A DNA stretch of 60,862 nt from Candidatus Woesearchaeota archaeon (GCA_964358765.1 CAYHPN010000002.1:1-60862); one strand, 5' to 3'; numbered from the stretch's first letter, positions 40,801 through 48,853 are shown. Numbers and translations are program-made. Notes: generated by a model from the sequence alone, not told the origin.

Positions 40801-43778
40801 ATTGAAAGATTTCCGCTAGCTAATGATGAAATAAACAACGTTCCATTTGAATAGGAATTATTATAATCTAAAGTTAAATTTAAAGCATTATTTTTAAACC
40901 ATCTCACTGAAACATTCATTGATTGATTATTTTGATCTGCAACATTATCATAACAGTTGAGATTGCTACTTGAAGAATTTAATCCATTTGTTGAATTAAT
41001 TTTAGGAAGAGGAGCTACTGGGGCGGTGTTTTCAAGATAAATTAAAACATTATCTAATCTTTGAGCACTTGTATCACCCGCATTATCATCAGGAGTCTCT
41101 CCAATTCCTACTCCTGCCCTTCCTGAAGCAATATTTGAATCAACTGCTGAACAAACTACATTATTTCCATCATAAACTTGGATTAAAGTTCCAGATACTT
41201 TTAAAGTAACATTGTCTCCAGTAGTGAATTGGTTGTCTGCTCCACAAGAAGTATTAAGATTTGCTTCTGTACCGCTGACTGCTCTCCATAAATAGGTATT
41301 TGCCGCAGTTGCACTAAAACTAAATACATATGCATTAGCCATTGTTGCATCAGATCTAACAGTTAGGTAAGAATAATCATCTCCAGTATCTTGTACTGTG
41401 TAAGTGGCTTTAATCATTTGATTTGCGACCCAAGGCTGAGAAATGCCTGCATAACCTGCTGAACCATCATTTCCAGCTCCACTACCAATTAATTGATTTG
41501 AATTTATTTCTAAATCTGAACCTGAACTAAATATTTCTGTCCAACCAGTTCCTAAATTGGGAGTATGTTGAGTAAATAAATTGTCCCCATCTGTATCAGT
41601 AAAAGTATCATTAAAAACTAAGACCATATTATCTTCAGGAGGGTCAATAATATGGTCAAATTCTAATGAACCTGAAACGACTCTAAGGTCAAAAATATCT
41701 TGTTCTAATGAGAGATTGGCTAAAATAAGTTTATTATATACATTCTCATTTATTGGGGAAAACTCTCCAATCTTTATCGAACTATTAAATTCATATACTT
41801 CAACTCTTGGATTTCCAGAAACAATTCTAGGAAAAATAGTAATGTCGTTTCCATTGGTTAACGCCCTTTCAAATTTTATTCTAACATATTCATTGTTATT
41901 TACTGGTGAACTCCAAATATTATCCTGCTCTTTAACTTTATCATAAATATCTTCAATAAATAATTTATTTTCATCTAAATGCTCTGCCTTTATTACTACT
42001 ATAATCTGAAATGTCTGAAATGATAAATGGGGCACATTCCATTCTATATAATCCAATAAACCATCTTTGTCTGTGTCTATTGCATTAAAATCTATGAACC
42101 TGTTTTCTTCTTTCCAGAATATCTTTATTGAATTTTTATCGGAAGTCAGTTCTTCTATATTTGCGTAGGCCAAAACATTTTCATAATGTAAATTGCTAGG
42201 AGAGCTAATTTCTACTATTTTTTCTTTATATGATAATACTTTCTCTTCTTTTTTAGGTGGCTCTGTAAAATATTCTATTTCCATATTTGAAAAATTTTGT
42301 TCATTTATTAAAATTATGGTTTTATTTCCTATTACGCTAGATACATAATTTACTGGTAAACCTGTTAATTTATTAATGACTGTAAAATTTATTGAAATTG
42401 GAATTTCCACTGTATTTTCTTTAACAACTTTTTTCCATTTAACTGGAAGATCAATTTCTGCGAAATACTGAATTTCCTCAATTGAATTATCAACTACATT
42501 AAAAGAGTAAACAGTTTTTTTGTTTCCAATTATTAATTCTAATGAATAAACACCAATTTGATCTAAATTGTATATGAAGAAGTCATTTGAACCAACTCTT
42601 GAAATTTTCCCATTTGAAGGAGAAGTTAAGATTAATTCATAGCTACCCAACGTCCTTAAATTTATCTTTAGTCTTTCTCCTAAAGAATATGAATTTGAGT
42701 TTTGAAAATTAAACTCAATAATATTTCCAACAACTATATTAAATGTTTGGTCGCTTAAATGCGGAGCATCCCATTGTATATTATCATAAAGTCCATTATT
42801 GTTCATGTCAAATAGATCAAAATCCAGATATTCATCTTCTTCATTCCAAAAAATAGAGACCATGCTTTCTTTAGAAACTTCTTCTGGTAGATTTACATGG
42901 GAAACAACATTTCTATAATGCATTCCTTTTGGTGAAGAAATTTTAACATGCTTTTCTTTTTCTGAAACGAGAGCTTCTGATAATATTGCAGGATCTGTAT
43001 AATATTCTATCCCCATTGGAACATTTTCATTATCAAGAGTAATTGTTATATCTCCTAAATTATCATTTAAACTGATTAAACGAGAGAATGTGTTCTTAAT
43101 TGGATTATTTGAAACTTTAAATTCTGATTTTTCAATCTTGTTATTGATAATTTTATAGGCGGTAATATTTTTCGCCTGGATAGGAATATCTAATTTTATT
43201 TCCCTAGTTTTACCATTTATTATTTTAGTCCATTTAACCTGCTTATCGATTTCTACCCTTTCATTATTAATCTTAATTCTATTTTCTAGAATTTTATTAT
43301 TGAACTCTATTCTTTTAGAATAAGATTGAGATTGAAAGTTGCCTTCTTTTGAACTTGATTCACGCAAGATTGGTTTAACCTGTTCATTAAAAGTTTTAGG
43401 AGGGTTTTCTTTAATAGATTCTTTAATGTTCGAACTGTTGATTTCCGTATTATTTGCCAAGACTTCAAAATAAAATTCCTTAGTTATTTCGCCGTATGAT
43501 AAAATTAAATTGTATTCTCCAATTTCCTCTGGATTAAATGTAAAGAAATCATTTGATCCTTTTTTAATAAAAGAAGTTGAAGGCGTATTTATCTTAATTG
43601 TATAATTCTGAAAATCTTGAAGATTGATTTTTACCTTATCACCTAGGAAATAAGTGTTCTTTTCAATTATTGCTGAAGCATTTTTAGTTGAAAATGAAAT
43701 AATTAATACAGATATAACTAAGGCTATAAAAAATGTAAATACGCCTGTTTTAATTAAACCTCTCTTATTCATTCTCAA
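31803..43778 (-). CDS. Giant secreted glycoprotein G2 (3991 aa): duplicated prodomain, IIDP, lectin-like domain, two propeller+FN3 blocks, tandem Ig repeats, CARDB and C-terminal module-A-like domain
   Basis: WxxPHLSxQTF twice, FDHIIDP near aa 712, SVxVSAxxxxxFVxxWYD repeats, WNVTCxD Ig repeats, and C-terminal AWQFVYG..YDYEIRIPARLREY..VFYTEVT. Confidence 0.92.
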   Translation of the reverse strand: MRMNKRGLIKTGVFTFFIALVISVLIISFSTKNASAIIEKNTYFLGDKVKINLQDFQNYTIKINTPSTSFIKKGSNDFFTFNPEEIGEYNLILSYGEITKEFYFEVLANNTEINSSNIKESIKENPPKTFNEQVKPILRESSSKEGNFQSQSYSKRIEFNNKILENRIKINNERVEIDKQVKWTKIINGKTREIKLDIPIQAKNITAYKIINNKIEKSEFKVSNNPIKNTFSRLISLNDNLGDITITLDNENVPMGIEYYTDPAILSEALVSEKEKHVKISSPKGMHYRNVVSHVNLPEEVSKESMVSIFWNEEDEYLDFDLFDMNNNGLYDNIQWDAPHLSDQTFNIVVGNIIEFNFQNSNSYSLGERLKINLRTLGSYELILTSPSNGKISRVGSNDFFIYNLDQIGVYSLELIIGNKKTVYSFNVVDNSIEEIQYFAEIDLPVKWKKVVKENTVEIPISINFTVINKLTGLPVNYVSSVIGNKTIILINEQNFSNMEIEYFTEPPKKEEKVLSYKEKIVEISSPSNLHYENVLAYANIEELTSDKNSIKIFWKEENRFIDFNAIDTDKDGLLDYIEWNVPHLSFQTFQIIVVIKAEHLDENKLFIEDIYDKVKEQDNIWSSPVNNNEYVRIKFERALTNGNDITIFPRIVSGNPRVEVYEFNSSIKIGEFSPINENVYNKLILANLSLEQDIFDLRVVSGSLEFDHIIDPPEDNMVLVFNDTFTDTDGDNLFTQHTPNLGTGWTEIFSSGSDLEINSNQLIGSGAGNDGSAGYAGISQPWVANQMIKATYTVQDTGDDYSYLTVRSDATMANAYVFSFSATAANTYLWRAVSGTEANLNTSCGADNQFTTGDNVTLKVSGTLIQVYDGNNVVCSAVDSNIASGRAGVGIGETPDDNAGDTSAQRLDNVLIYLENTAPVAPLPKINSTNGLNSSSSNLNCYDNVADQNNQSMNVSVRWFKNNALNLTLDYNNSYSNGTLFISSLASGNLSIGQNWSCALRYFDSINYTSWVNSTGNVTIIPLPKPTISIVSPLSQNYTTTIINFNTSLNMAGSWCGLSLNGASNISMTQFNSTYFNYTNSSMSQGSHTVVFACNNTEGNMNSSSGIRYFGVDSIPPQVTIVNPQNITYTSSSIPFNFTLNEAGNCRYTLNSGVFNYTMTANSSNTGFNATNSSIADGSYTIRAYCNDTVGNVNYSTSLIFSKYLVNYTPVIGDPITNQTWTVNQNVIYYLNFSNNGTASNNYMVNFTNTSGASYIALNQSSFNNIAPGSTVFLELNISSSTLNTINITLNVTSINDTTFRDSASFKTTFLQAFQFSSNNITSISVAPFDYDKVIIAWCDDTDDDISLGIFNTSGILQEQIYDVDTTAGSCTANSVGYSVSVSALDSNNFVVSWYDSVDSDITFKILNSSLSNLTDNVDVDSDSGASAAVSASAFNSTAFILGWYDATSSDSTFRTYTSSGTAISVETDADTDSGTTGNSVDVSAINSTAFMFAWFDGGQNDASVITYSVSGTALSSIFDVDGGAGTSESVSISVLNSSLAVLSWVDRGGGTPVNDASFSTITTLSTSISGTQDIDTNVGDTGRPLRVSSLAEDRFVLSWYDSSTDVGVSAQTLLTDLTQLSSETVIQTTTLSFQDVASEEYSTGIQLCENNFVVAISNISTQGFFKPFYSNGTIWSGICPTNVPQILNLTVSSITGLSAIVNWTTDILANSTINYGATQSLGTIQSSNNPVLNRAFTLLGLSSNTLYYYNVTSCFEGRCNTTGTHNFTTTDGDRTPIIGEPVTQQIWSVNTNVRYILNFTNNGTVASDYIVNISNVSGASYATLNQSYFTNIQNGTTIFFEINTSAQTSNVYTISFNVTSVNDSTKYDQSSFITNFYTLSQFSNNSVTSVANAPLDFDKLLVAWCDDTEDDISSAVFNTSGKLLYQPYDVDTSAGACSANGAGHSVDITPLTKNLFVVAWYDSVDDAIRFQMFNSSLSNTTGIVNADTSAGNSYAVSVSAINSTAFVMGWHDETGTGGSSDDTVAVYSSSGSTILSATDVDTNVGGSSQSIEVSAINSTAFAVGWFDDGGNNNDVFFQTYSLSGSAISSAITVDSNGGNSRSVSVAAINESKIVIGWSDINDNLISFQVYLPNGTVSVSTTSVDANPNTGRDTRVSAITQDDFVISWYDDNTDVGTYAQTLIINGTNISQTNTVESNSDQYSDVASELFTTQIQLCENAYIVSFANTTFQAIWEAFYPNGTSWSGICPTSLPSIFNVNVSQITISSAKVNWSTDVESNSTINYGTTPSLGTVLGNNFPKTSHTFNLTGLSGQITYFFNITSCIDGRCNSSGVYNFTTTTVDVTPPLVSLVFPANNSNITDGFSFYFVFNVTDTSAIGNCTLYTDGTPTEFRSSISKDVNETFYHYLSNGQYLWSVSCTDQYGNTNITANRTVNVNYTDISFQRVLYETFTSSFSNNVTAVIRLNNSQDTTQNSVTWNIPPSTLRNIVNASTQIIGANGAVIPYGSVVDFSSSFSASHANVEATWKIYISNSTGITLLCQNGDDGSSGTPLAGTITGQNTTCISSNIRLSPSDRLLYLIDAFNTNGGTTRTITHDWDSPTSSFVAINISTEGFLRVNLSYPTSDPAPSLNSNFNVTCQAYCSIGTCRNTQVYIQRNTSTENWTNINASGNIILSPGETNPHSFGNLSTTLVSSNFSLNGNALSTNNIRCIAVSTYDSANGTSTQVVTVGGAAAAAPVIYLTSPSNATWFNTPNITINYNTTDVNSNIANSTLILNGLRNQTNQSAVNNAGNSSFNLTNLASGTYTWTVNVTDATNLEGTNTSFRTFFIDTQKPSINLSAPQANSSFQVSYVEFNFTAFDNMDTTLSCNLTIDSVVQLSGISSPNGTLINTTISSLSTGTHFWNVTCIDEALNTNTSLTRNFTILDLPPLVSLITSNLSYSTTGNITLIYNATDNNGFSSAQLVLNSNLNMTNQSAVLNGQYNNFSLLNLNEGTYTWTVNVTDSGGLNATNLSVRTFMVDKRAPNISLNLPANNSYSNSSTVNFNFTVIDSIDTILLCNLTAGEKSDLNFAANNGSLTNRQITGFTDGEKIWNVTCFDDAGNFNISQNWVVNITEYPSISLNTANNSFYNSTSFILNYTPSDNTALDYCDLYIDNAFNQTDDTISNGVQNSFTVSGISEGVHTWYTACNDTIQLRNQSQIRSFTVDLDGLNISLIYPQDGANLFVLTLNLSFNATDNIDTTLDCNITVNSIVVNSSTVTSGALTNRSITFATGGTKIWNVTCVDDSSNRITSITRNFSLEQGPSVALGDPINNTFQNISSAIFYYDISDSNDNLANSTLILNGQNNQTNQSALLNDATNNFAITLPDGIYLWTVNVSDLTNLVGTDASFRVLTIDTKQPSIILNYPPNTTTLSTNNITINYTAFDNMDTNLTCNISIDESMVVINIPSYNATEVINYVTRSDGNYLWNVQCIDDSGNLNFSETRDFTVEAPPNVTLQSPQNGNISNINNLTFIYYPSDAIGIFNCSLIIDNAINSSSGTITANANNSFTVNGISEGIHNWTVACTDIFPDFNLFTAQLNNFTIDNTAPNITLITPENNTNQLRAVIFNFTAFDNLDADLNLSCNFYIDNSLNLSSINLTNGSIVSRTVYNHALGAHSWNVSCVDDARNRGWSSKWQYNVTLADLMVNSTSINFNTTSPSENDSVLINATIYNLVNVTVSNITIAFYNGDPRTTGRQIGSNQTIAVLSPLSQTTASIVWSAELGTNIIFVVVDPPYSSNGSIEEWTETNNIANNSITTGAWQFVYGEINSNTKYDLADSQNNSVVRWESVNFDTGNIYVTDSESIVSWATLQAIGKNTTNQNTTNDFSDIDSLLNMTNYTDSVTTLFSNGTSPRNITNYLVFNIYVNNVPIANSTNNTNFYTGILWDMSDNNATNNSQFDITDKEDLIFSTQINKDKTGAYGTYDYEIRIPARLREYRTTQTSSVVFYTEVT

Positions 43779-43995
43779 TTATGCCTCTATTTTTTATTTT
43801 TGTAGGAAAAAGATCAAAATGTTCTTTTTTATTTCGCTTTTTTACTTTATCTTGAGAAGAAATTTTTCTAGGAATATTCCAATAAGGAGATTTGCAGGCT
43901 GAACAGACTATTGGTTTATGCGTCGAGTTTGTTCTCGGAACCCATTTATGATTACATCTATCACATATATATCCCAATAAAGAAATTTCACCCAT
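43765..43995 (-). CDS. Small zinc-ribbon protein
   Basis: CDRCNHKW..CSACKSPYW. It overlaps the G2 start. Confidence 0.8.
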   Translation of the reverse strand: MGEISLLGYICDRCNHKWVPRTNSTHKPIVCSACKSPYWNIPRKISSQDKVKKRNKKEHFDLFPTKIKNRGIIENE

Positions 43996-44042
43996 TTTTA
44001 TAACGCTGAAAAGAAGAAAAATGGGTTTATATACCTTGCCGT

Positions 44043-44069
44043 TAGTAATATACCATTAGTATATTACTA
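44043..44069. promoter_or_regulatory. Perfect 11-5-11 inverted repeat upstream of the Zn-ribbon/G2 operon
   Basis: TAGTAATATAC-CATTA-GTATATTACTA next to a TATA-like TTTATATA at about 44026-44033. Confidence 0.65.
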
Positions 44070-44208
44070 TTAGGTATATACAAATTATTTTCATAAAAAA
44101 TTATCAATTTTTTTTATAAAAATGCATATTACATTTGAAAAATAGTTGATGATCTATTTCGCTCTATCCGCATTATAAGCAGTAGATAACAGAATTGATG
44201 ATAATATT

Positions 44209-44430
44209 AAGAACCATACACTGAAGTGTATGGCGTGTTCTGGTTCTTGATCACCTCAAAATATTTTATATTTTGACGGCACAAAAATCCTTGATTTTTC
44301 TTGTGCGCTAGAATTGTTTTTTCTTCATCAAGAATCAATGATTCTTGAGTGCTCTCAAGATTTTTCAAATCTTGAAGTCTCACGAACTAAAGTAGGAAGT
44401 TTACAAAAAAAACAATTCTTGACATATTAA
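44209..44430. repeat. Hairpin-array element (REP/MITE-like), copy 2
   Basis: CCATACAC-TGAA-GTGTATGG, TCAAAATAT/ATATTTTGA, TCAAGAATC-AAT-GATTCTTGA and TCAAGATTT-TTC-AAATCTTGA. It ends AAACAATTCTTGACATATTAA, as copy 3 does. Confidence 0.75.
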
Positions 44431-44492
44431 TATATTTTCATTATAATATATATGACAGAATTGTTTTAATATATATAATATATCAGATAAGT

Positions 44493-45086
44493 ATGATAAA
44501 AGCAATTGTTTTTGATTTGTCAGGCGTAATTTTTACAAGAATGAGCAACATACATGAAATATTGGAACCTATAATAGGTTTAAAGAAAGACGAAATAACT
44601 TTAAAAATGAAAAATAAAAGTTTTTATGATTTCTTAGAGGGAAAAATAAATGAAGATGATTATTGGAAGAAAATAATAGGGGGCAATAGCTGGAATATTT
44701 CCATTGATGAATTAAAAAAAGCAATGAGAGATAACTTTAGAGAAATTGAAGGAACTTTAAATATTATTAAAAAATTAAAAAAAAATGGTTTTTTACTTGG
44801 ACTTTTATCTTCACATACAAAAGAATGGACTCAATATTTAAATCAAAAATACGATTATGAAAAATATTTTGATGGAATTGTATATTCTTTTAACGAAGGC
44901 GATACAAAGACAAACATTTCTTTATATAAAGAAATACTATTTAAATTGAAGGTTAGTTCTTATGAATGTATTTATATTGATGATAAAGAAAAATATATAG
45001 AACCTGCAAAAATATTGGGAATGAAAACTATTTTGTTTGAGGATTCTGAAAAGTTAAAAAATAGATTAAATTATTTTTTAAGATGA
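44493..45086 (+). CDS. HAD-superfamily phosphatase (YihX-like subfamily IA)
   Basis: MIKAIVFDLSGV, LGLLSS, K in GDTK, and CIYIDD..AKILGM. Confidence 0.9.
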   Translation: MIKAIVFDLSGVIFTRMSNIHEILEPIIGLKKDEITLKMKNKSFYDFLEGKINEDDYWKKIIGGNSWNISIDELKKAMRDNFREIEGTLNIIKKLKKNGFLLGLLSSHTKEWTQYLNQKYDYEKYFDGIVYSFNEGDTKTNISLYKEILFKLKVSSYECIYIDDKEKYIEPAKILGMKTILFEDSEKLKNRLNYFLR

Positions 45087-47002
45087 TAATGAATAAAACC
45101 AGTATAACTCAATTGTTAGAGAAAGGTAATTTTGGAGAGTACACTTTATTGGAAAAAGTTGGCGATACTAGTAAAAGTCTAGTTTATATTGGAAAACACC
45201 TAAGATTAGAAAGAATAGACGTTGTTAAAATTCTTAAAGATCCGACAGATGGGGACAGAATACAACAATTTTTGGACGAAGGTAAAAGACTTGTTGAAGC
45301 TGGTGAACTTGATAATCTTCCCCATGTATATTATGCAGGTGAATATCAAGGATTCCCCTATATCGTAACAAGTCACATTAAAAGCGATGAAGGAAATTTA
45401 GAAGATGTTGTTAAATCAAATAAATCACTACCTCTCAAAGATTGTTTGGATATTTTGATTGATAGTTCCAGAGGATTATATAATCTTCATAATATGGGAA
45501 TTATACATGGAGATGTTAAACTCAAAAATCTAATTAGGGGAGAAAGTAAAAATATTTTACTAGGAGAAAGAAAGAAAACATATTTAATTGATTTAGGTGG
45601 GAAATTATCTGTTCAATCAAACTATCCTGGTGATGTGGAAGCTCTTGCAAATTGTATGTTAGAAGTTACAAATATTTCCGATATAAATACTCCGCAAAGA
45701 ATAAGAGATTATTTAGAAACGGTTTCACGAAATAGTGAAAAAACTAACGCACAAGATTTCCATTATCAAATTTTAAGATTTAGAAAGATAATTTCAAGAA
45801 GAGAATTTATAAAAAAGGCGACAATTATTGGGGCCTGCACTTCTCCTATTATGGCTGGATCTGTTACTTTATATAATAAACTTAAATACGAAAAAACAAT
45901 TGATTATGTTATAGATGAGATAAAAAATACCCCCACTCAAGATCATGGAGGATTAGAAAGATTATTTAAAAAACTAAAGTTTAGGATATGTGATCAAAAA
46001 ATTGGATGGTTAAGTGAGGAAAAAATAAATAGCAAGGAATTGCCTTTTGCAACAACAAAAGACGGAAATTATTTTAAAATGGATCCAGGTTATTGGACTG
46101 ATGGTTTTTGGTCTGGAATTTTATGGGAGGCTTATTTAACCACGAAAGAGGAGAAATTTAAGATTTTGGCAGAAAAAAAAACACTTGAAATTGATAGTAT
46201 GAAAGAAGATGAAGACGCAAATAATGCGGTGAGATATTTTTATTCTCATGCTAAAGCCTATGAAATTACTGGAAAAGAGGTATTTAAGAAAAGGGCCAGT
46301 AAAGGTTTGGAGATATTAAAAAATAAATTTGATGAAAGAATTGGGATTTTTTCCATTAATAAGGAAAAATTAGCCTCTGAAGCTGGAACTATGATGGATT
46401 TTGTCCCCTTTCAATTATGGGGTTACAAAATTACAGGAGACAAAGATTACCTAAGTAAAACTAAAGAACATGTGCAAAATGTTTGCAAATACAATATTCG
46501 AGATGATGGTTCAGTAAGGAGAGCTGCAATTGTAAATTCCGAGACAAAGAAAGTTATTGGAGAGCTTAATCAAAGTGGCATAACAAATGAAAGTACAGTA
46601 TCAAGAAATCAATCCCAAGTAATTATGGGAATTGTTAAATATTTAGAGATTAACCCTGATGATGAAATTGTTAATAAATACATGGAAAGAATAATAGATT
46701 ATTATACCTTGTCTGAAAATCTCACTGAAGATTTTATTCCTTATTTTGATTTTAGTGCAGAAAGAAATGGCAAGTATCCAAAGGATAGTTCAGCAGCTTC
46801 TATGTTTATTTATGCAATTAAAAACTTAAAACAGTATAAAAAATATTATTATCCAATTAAGAGATCATTATGCTTAAACTATCTTTCTAGCAATTTAGAA
46901 AATTATGAAGGATTAATAAAAAACGGATGCAGCAATTGGAAAGAAAATAATTATACCCAGAGTTCTTTAATTTGGGGAGATTATTTTTTTATAGCAAGTT
47001 AA
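45083..47002 (+). CDS. Ser/Thr protein kinase fused via an SRR/hydrophobic segment to a GH88 (unsaturated glucuronyl hydrolase)-like domain
   Basis: Kinase motifs VVKIL, FLDE, IIHGDVKLKN, LIDLG; then ISRREFIKKATIIGA; then GH88-like WTDGFWSGILW, TMMD, SRNQ, KDSSAAS, SLIWGDYFF. Confidence 0.85.
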   Translation: MIMNKTSITQLLEKGNFGEYTLLEKVGDTSKSLVYIGKHLRLERIDVVKILKDPTDGDRIQQFLDEGKRLVEAGELDNLPHVYYAGEYQGFPYIVTSHIKSDEGNLEDVVKSNKSLPLKDCLDILIDSSRGLYNLHNMGIIHGDVKLKNLIRGESKNILLGERKKTYLIDLGGKLSVQSNYPGDVEALANCMLEVTNISDINTPQRIRDYLETVSRNSEKTNAQDFHYQILRFRKIISRREFIKKATIIGACTSPIMAGSVTLYNKLKYEKTIDYVIDEIKNTPTQDHGGLERLFKKLKFRICDQKIGWLSEEKINSKELPFATTKDGNYFKMDPGYWTDGFWSGILWEAYLTTKEEKFKILAEKKTLEIDSMKEDEDANNAVRYFYSHAKAYEITGKEVFKKRASKGLEILKNKFDERIGIFSINKEKLASEAGTMMDFVPFQLWGYKITGDKDYLSKTKEHVQNVCKYNIRDDGSVRRAAIVNSETKKVIGELNQSGITNESTVSRNQSQVIMGIVKYLEINPDDEIVNKYMERIIDYYTLSENLTEDFIPYFDFSAERNGKYPKDSSAASMFIYAIKNLKQYKKYYYPIKRSLCLNYLSSNLENYEGLIKNGCSNWKENNYTQSSLIWGDYFFIAS

Positions 47003-47024
47003 AAAAAATAAAAAACAAAAATAA

Positions 47025-47330
47025 CTAGTATGGGTTGCATGGAGGATATCCTGGATCTCCACATCTAATTTTAGTTCCTGCATCTAGAGTTCTTGTTCCA
47101 GAAGTTGTTTCCATTGTCGTTTGCTGAGTTAATGTTATATAATTTTCTGGAGAACCTCCTATAAGAGACCCAACTGGTAAATCCATGGCCCCTATACTGG
47201 TCAGTGCATTATACTCAGTTAGTGCAAGTTCATAAGGTACTGGATCATCGGCAGTTGACATATTAAGAGCAACCACAATTAACACTATGGACAAAAGTGC
47301 AATTATTGAATAAAATAGCTTTTTTTTCAT
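47025..47330 (-). CDS. Small secreted/membrane protein with C-terminal CGDPGYPPC motif
   Basis: Signal peptide and an upstream AAGGAGGT ribosome-binding site. Confidence 0.75.
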   Translation of the reverse strand: MKKKLFYSIIALLSIVLIVVALNMSTADDPVPYELALTEYNALTSIGAMDLPVGSLIGGSPENYITLTQQTTMETTSGTRTLDAGTKIRCGDPGYPPCNPY

Positions 47331-47417
47331 TTTTGTAACCTCCTTTTATAGGTTACTCTAAAAATATATCTTAAACCACACTGAGTAAATGGGATAAAAT
47401 TTTTCATTTCTGGATAA

Positions 47418-48302
47418 CTAACTATTTAATTCCAAAATTAAGGGCAATATATTTCTTAAACCAATAAGAATCGCGGATAAATGTTGGTCTCCTTTTTTTG
47501 ACAAATTAATTTTATTTGAAAGCTCCTTTGATTCCAAGAAAAGCAATTCTAATTGAGCATCATCATATTTATTATATATAGCATGTAATTCTGATAATTG
47601 TTTATTTAATAATCTTAAATTCTCAATTAAAGAAAGAGAAATTCTATCTAGATTAAGTGAGAGAAAATTGCAAATATCCTTGTATTTGTCTGCAGTTTCT
47701 TCTAAACTTTTTACTAAATAATAATATTTAGGAGTTTTCTTAAAATCAGAATGCCCTCTTTTAATTAGCACCCTAAGGCAGTAGTTAGAAAGTTTATTTA
47801 TTGATTTGTCAAGTTTTGATATATCTTTAAGCTTTAACGCATCTTTGCTTTTTATTGCGTTTAAACTTTCATTGGATAAGTCAATTAATAAGTACCATAA
47901 TCTTTTGAATGCGTGATTATATTCATTTTTTTCGTTTCCTGTTAAATCTTTAATAGTACATGAATTTTTATCTTCTAAGATTATATCAAAACCTATTAAT
48001 TCTTCCTTCACTATTTCTCTTATTTCTTTGATAAACGCCGGGTCCTTAAAATGAATTATAATTTCATCAAAACCCAACCTATATGCTGAAGTTATTGAAC
48101 TTTTGCCAATTCTTCTTAAGTTTCCAATATATATTTCTTTTTTTCCATAACTGGTATCTAAATTTTTACTTATCATTAAATCGTGCCCTAGTTCTTCTAC
48201 CTCAAGCTCATCTCCCTTTTTTATGTTTTGATTTCTGGCCCAGATAGAAGGGAGAGAGATAGTTAAAGTTGAAGGGCCGTGAAGAATAATTTTTCTTTTC
48301 AT
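47418..48302 (-). CDS. Archaeal AbrB-PhoU-type regulator
   Basis: MKRKIILHGPSTLTISLPSIWA..IKKGDEL; SAYRLGFDEI; DKSINKLSNYCLR; LEETAD. Confidence 0.85.
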   Translation of the reverse strand: MKRKIILHGPSTLTISLPSIWARNQNIKKGDELEVEELGHDLMISKNLDTSYGKKEIYIGNLRRIGKSSITSAYRLGFDEIIIHFKDPAFIKEIREIVKEELIGFDIILEDKNSCTIKDLTGNEKNEYNHAFKRLWYLLIDLSNESLNAIKSKDALKLKDISKLDKSINKLSNYCLRVLIKRGHSDFKKTPKYYYLVKSLEETADKYKDICNFLSLNLDRISLSLIENLRLLNKQLSELHAIYNKYDDAQLELLFLESKELSNKINLSKKGDQHLSAILIGLRNILPLILELNS

Positions 48303-48401
48303 TTTAATAAGGATACTGTTTAATATAAATAATTATCTAATAACCTATAATGTATATGTGTATATATTATGTGATAAATAGATTCATAAATTTGACAATA
48401 C

Positions 48402-48436
48402 TTTTAGGATAAATAAATTAAATATTTATCCTAAAA
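48402..48436. promoter_or_regulatory. Perfect 14-7-14 inverted repeat
   Basis: TTTTAGGATAAATA-AATTAAA-TATTTATCCTAAAA, 5 nt before ATG 48442. Confidence 0.7.
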
Positions 48437-48441
48437 ACAAA

Positions 48442-48831
48442 ATGGGAATGATAATAAGCTCTAAGAAAAAAGGAAAAAAGATAATTTCTGAATTTTTATC
48501 CGATTACGATGAATTTTTACAATTAAAAGGACATTTGGATGATATCCGATTGTTTTCTGAAAATGTCGGAGGAGTCCAAACAAATATTAGCCAAAGAGGG
48601 AAAAATGAAGCAACAAAATATTTCTTGATTCCAAAGCAATATAGGAGAGGTTTTAAATTTAATAATTCAGTATCATGTCAGAAGCTAGATTTTGATGATA
48701 AAGCAATATTTGTTTATATTGTAGATAAAACAAAAATAAACCCTTCAAAAAGAGAACAGTCTATCAAAAAAATAGAAGAAAAATATACCCAAATTGAAAA
48801 GACTTCCCATTTACCTTATGGGAGTTTATAA
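48442..48831 (+). CDS. Hypothetical protein, possible AbrB-like swapped-hairpin DNA-binding domain
   Basis: RGKNEATKYFLIPKQYR. It is divergent from the PhoU-type regulator. Confidence 0.65.
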   Translation: MGMIISSKKKGKKIISEFLSDYDEFLQLKGHLDDIRLFSENVGGVQTNISQRGKNEATKYFLIPKQYRRGFKFNNSVSCQKLDFDDKAIFVYIVDKTKINPSKREQSIKKIEEKYTQIEKTSHLPYGSL

Positions 48832-48853
48832 TATAAGAAAAAAGAGGTTTCAT

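Noticed and set aside
45794-45830. Separate Tat-exported GH88 gene starting near SRREFIKK
   Set aside because: The frame is continuous with the kinase and no start codon immediately precedes the motif, so it was treated as an internal membrane segment.
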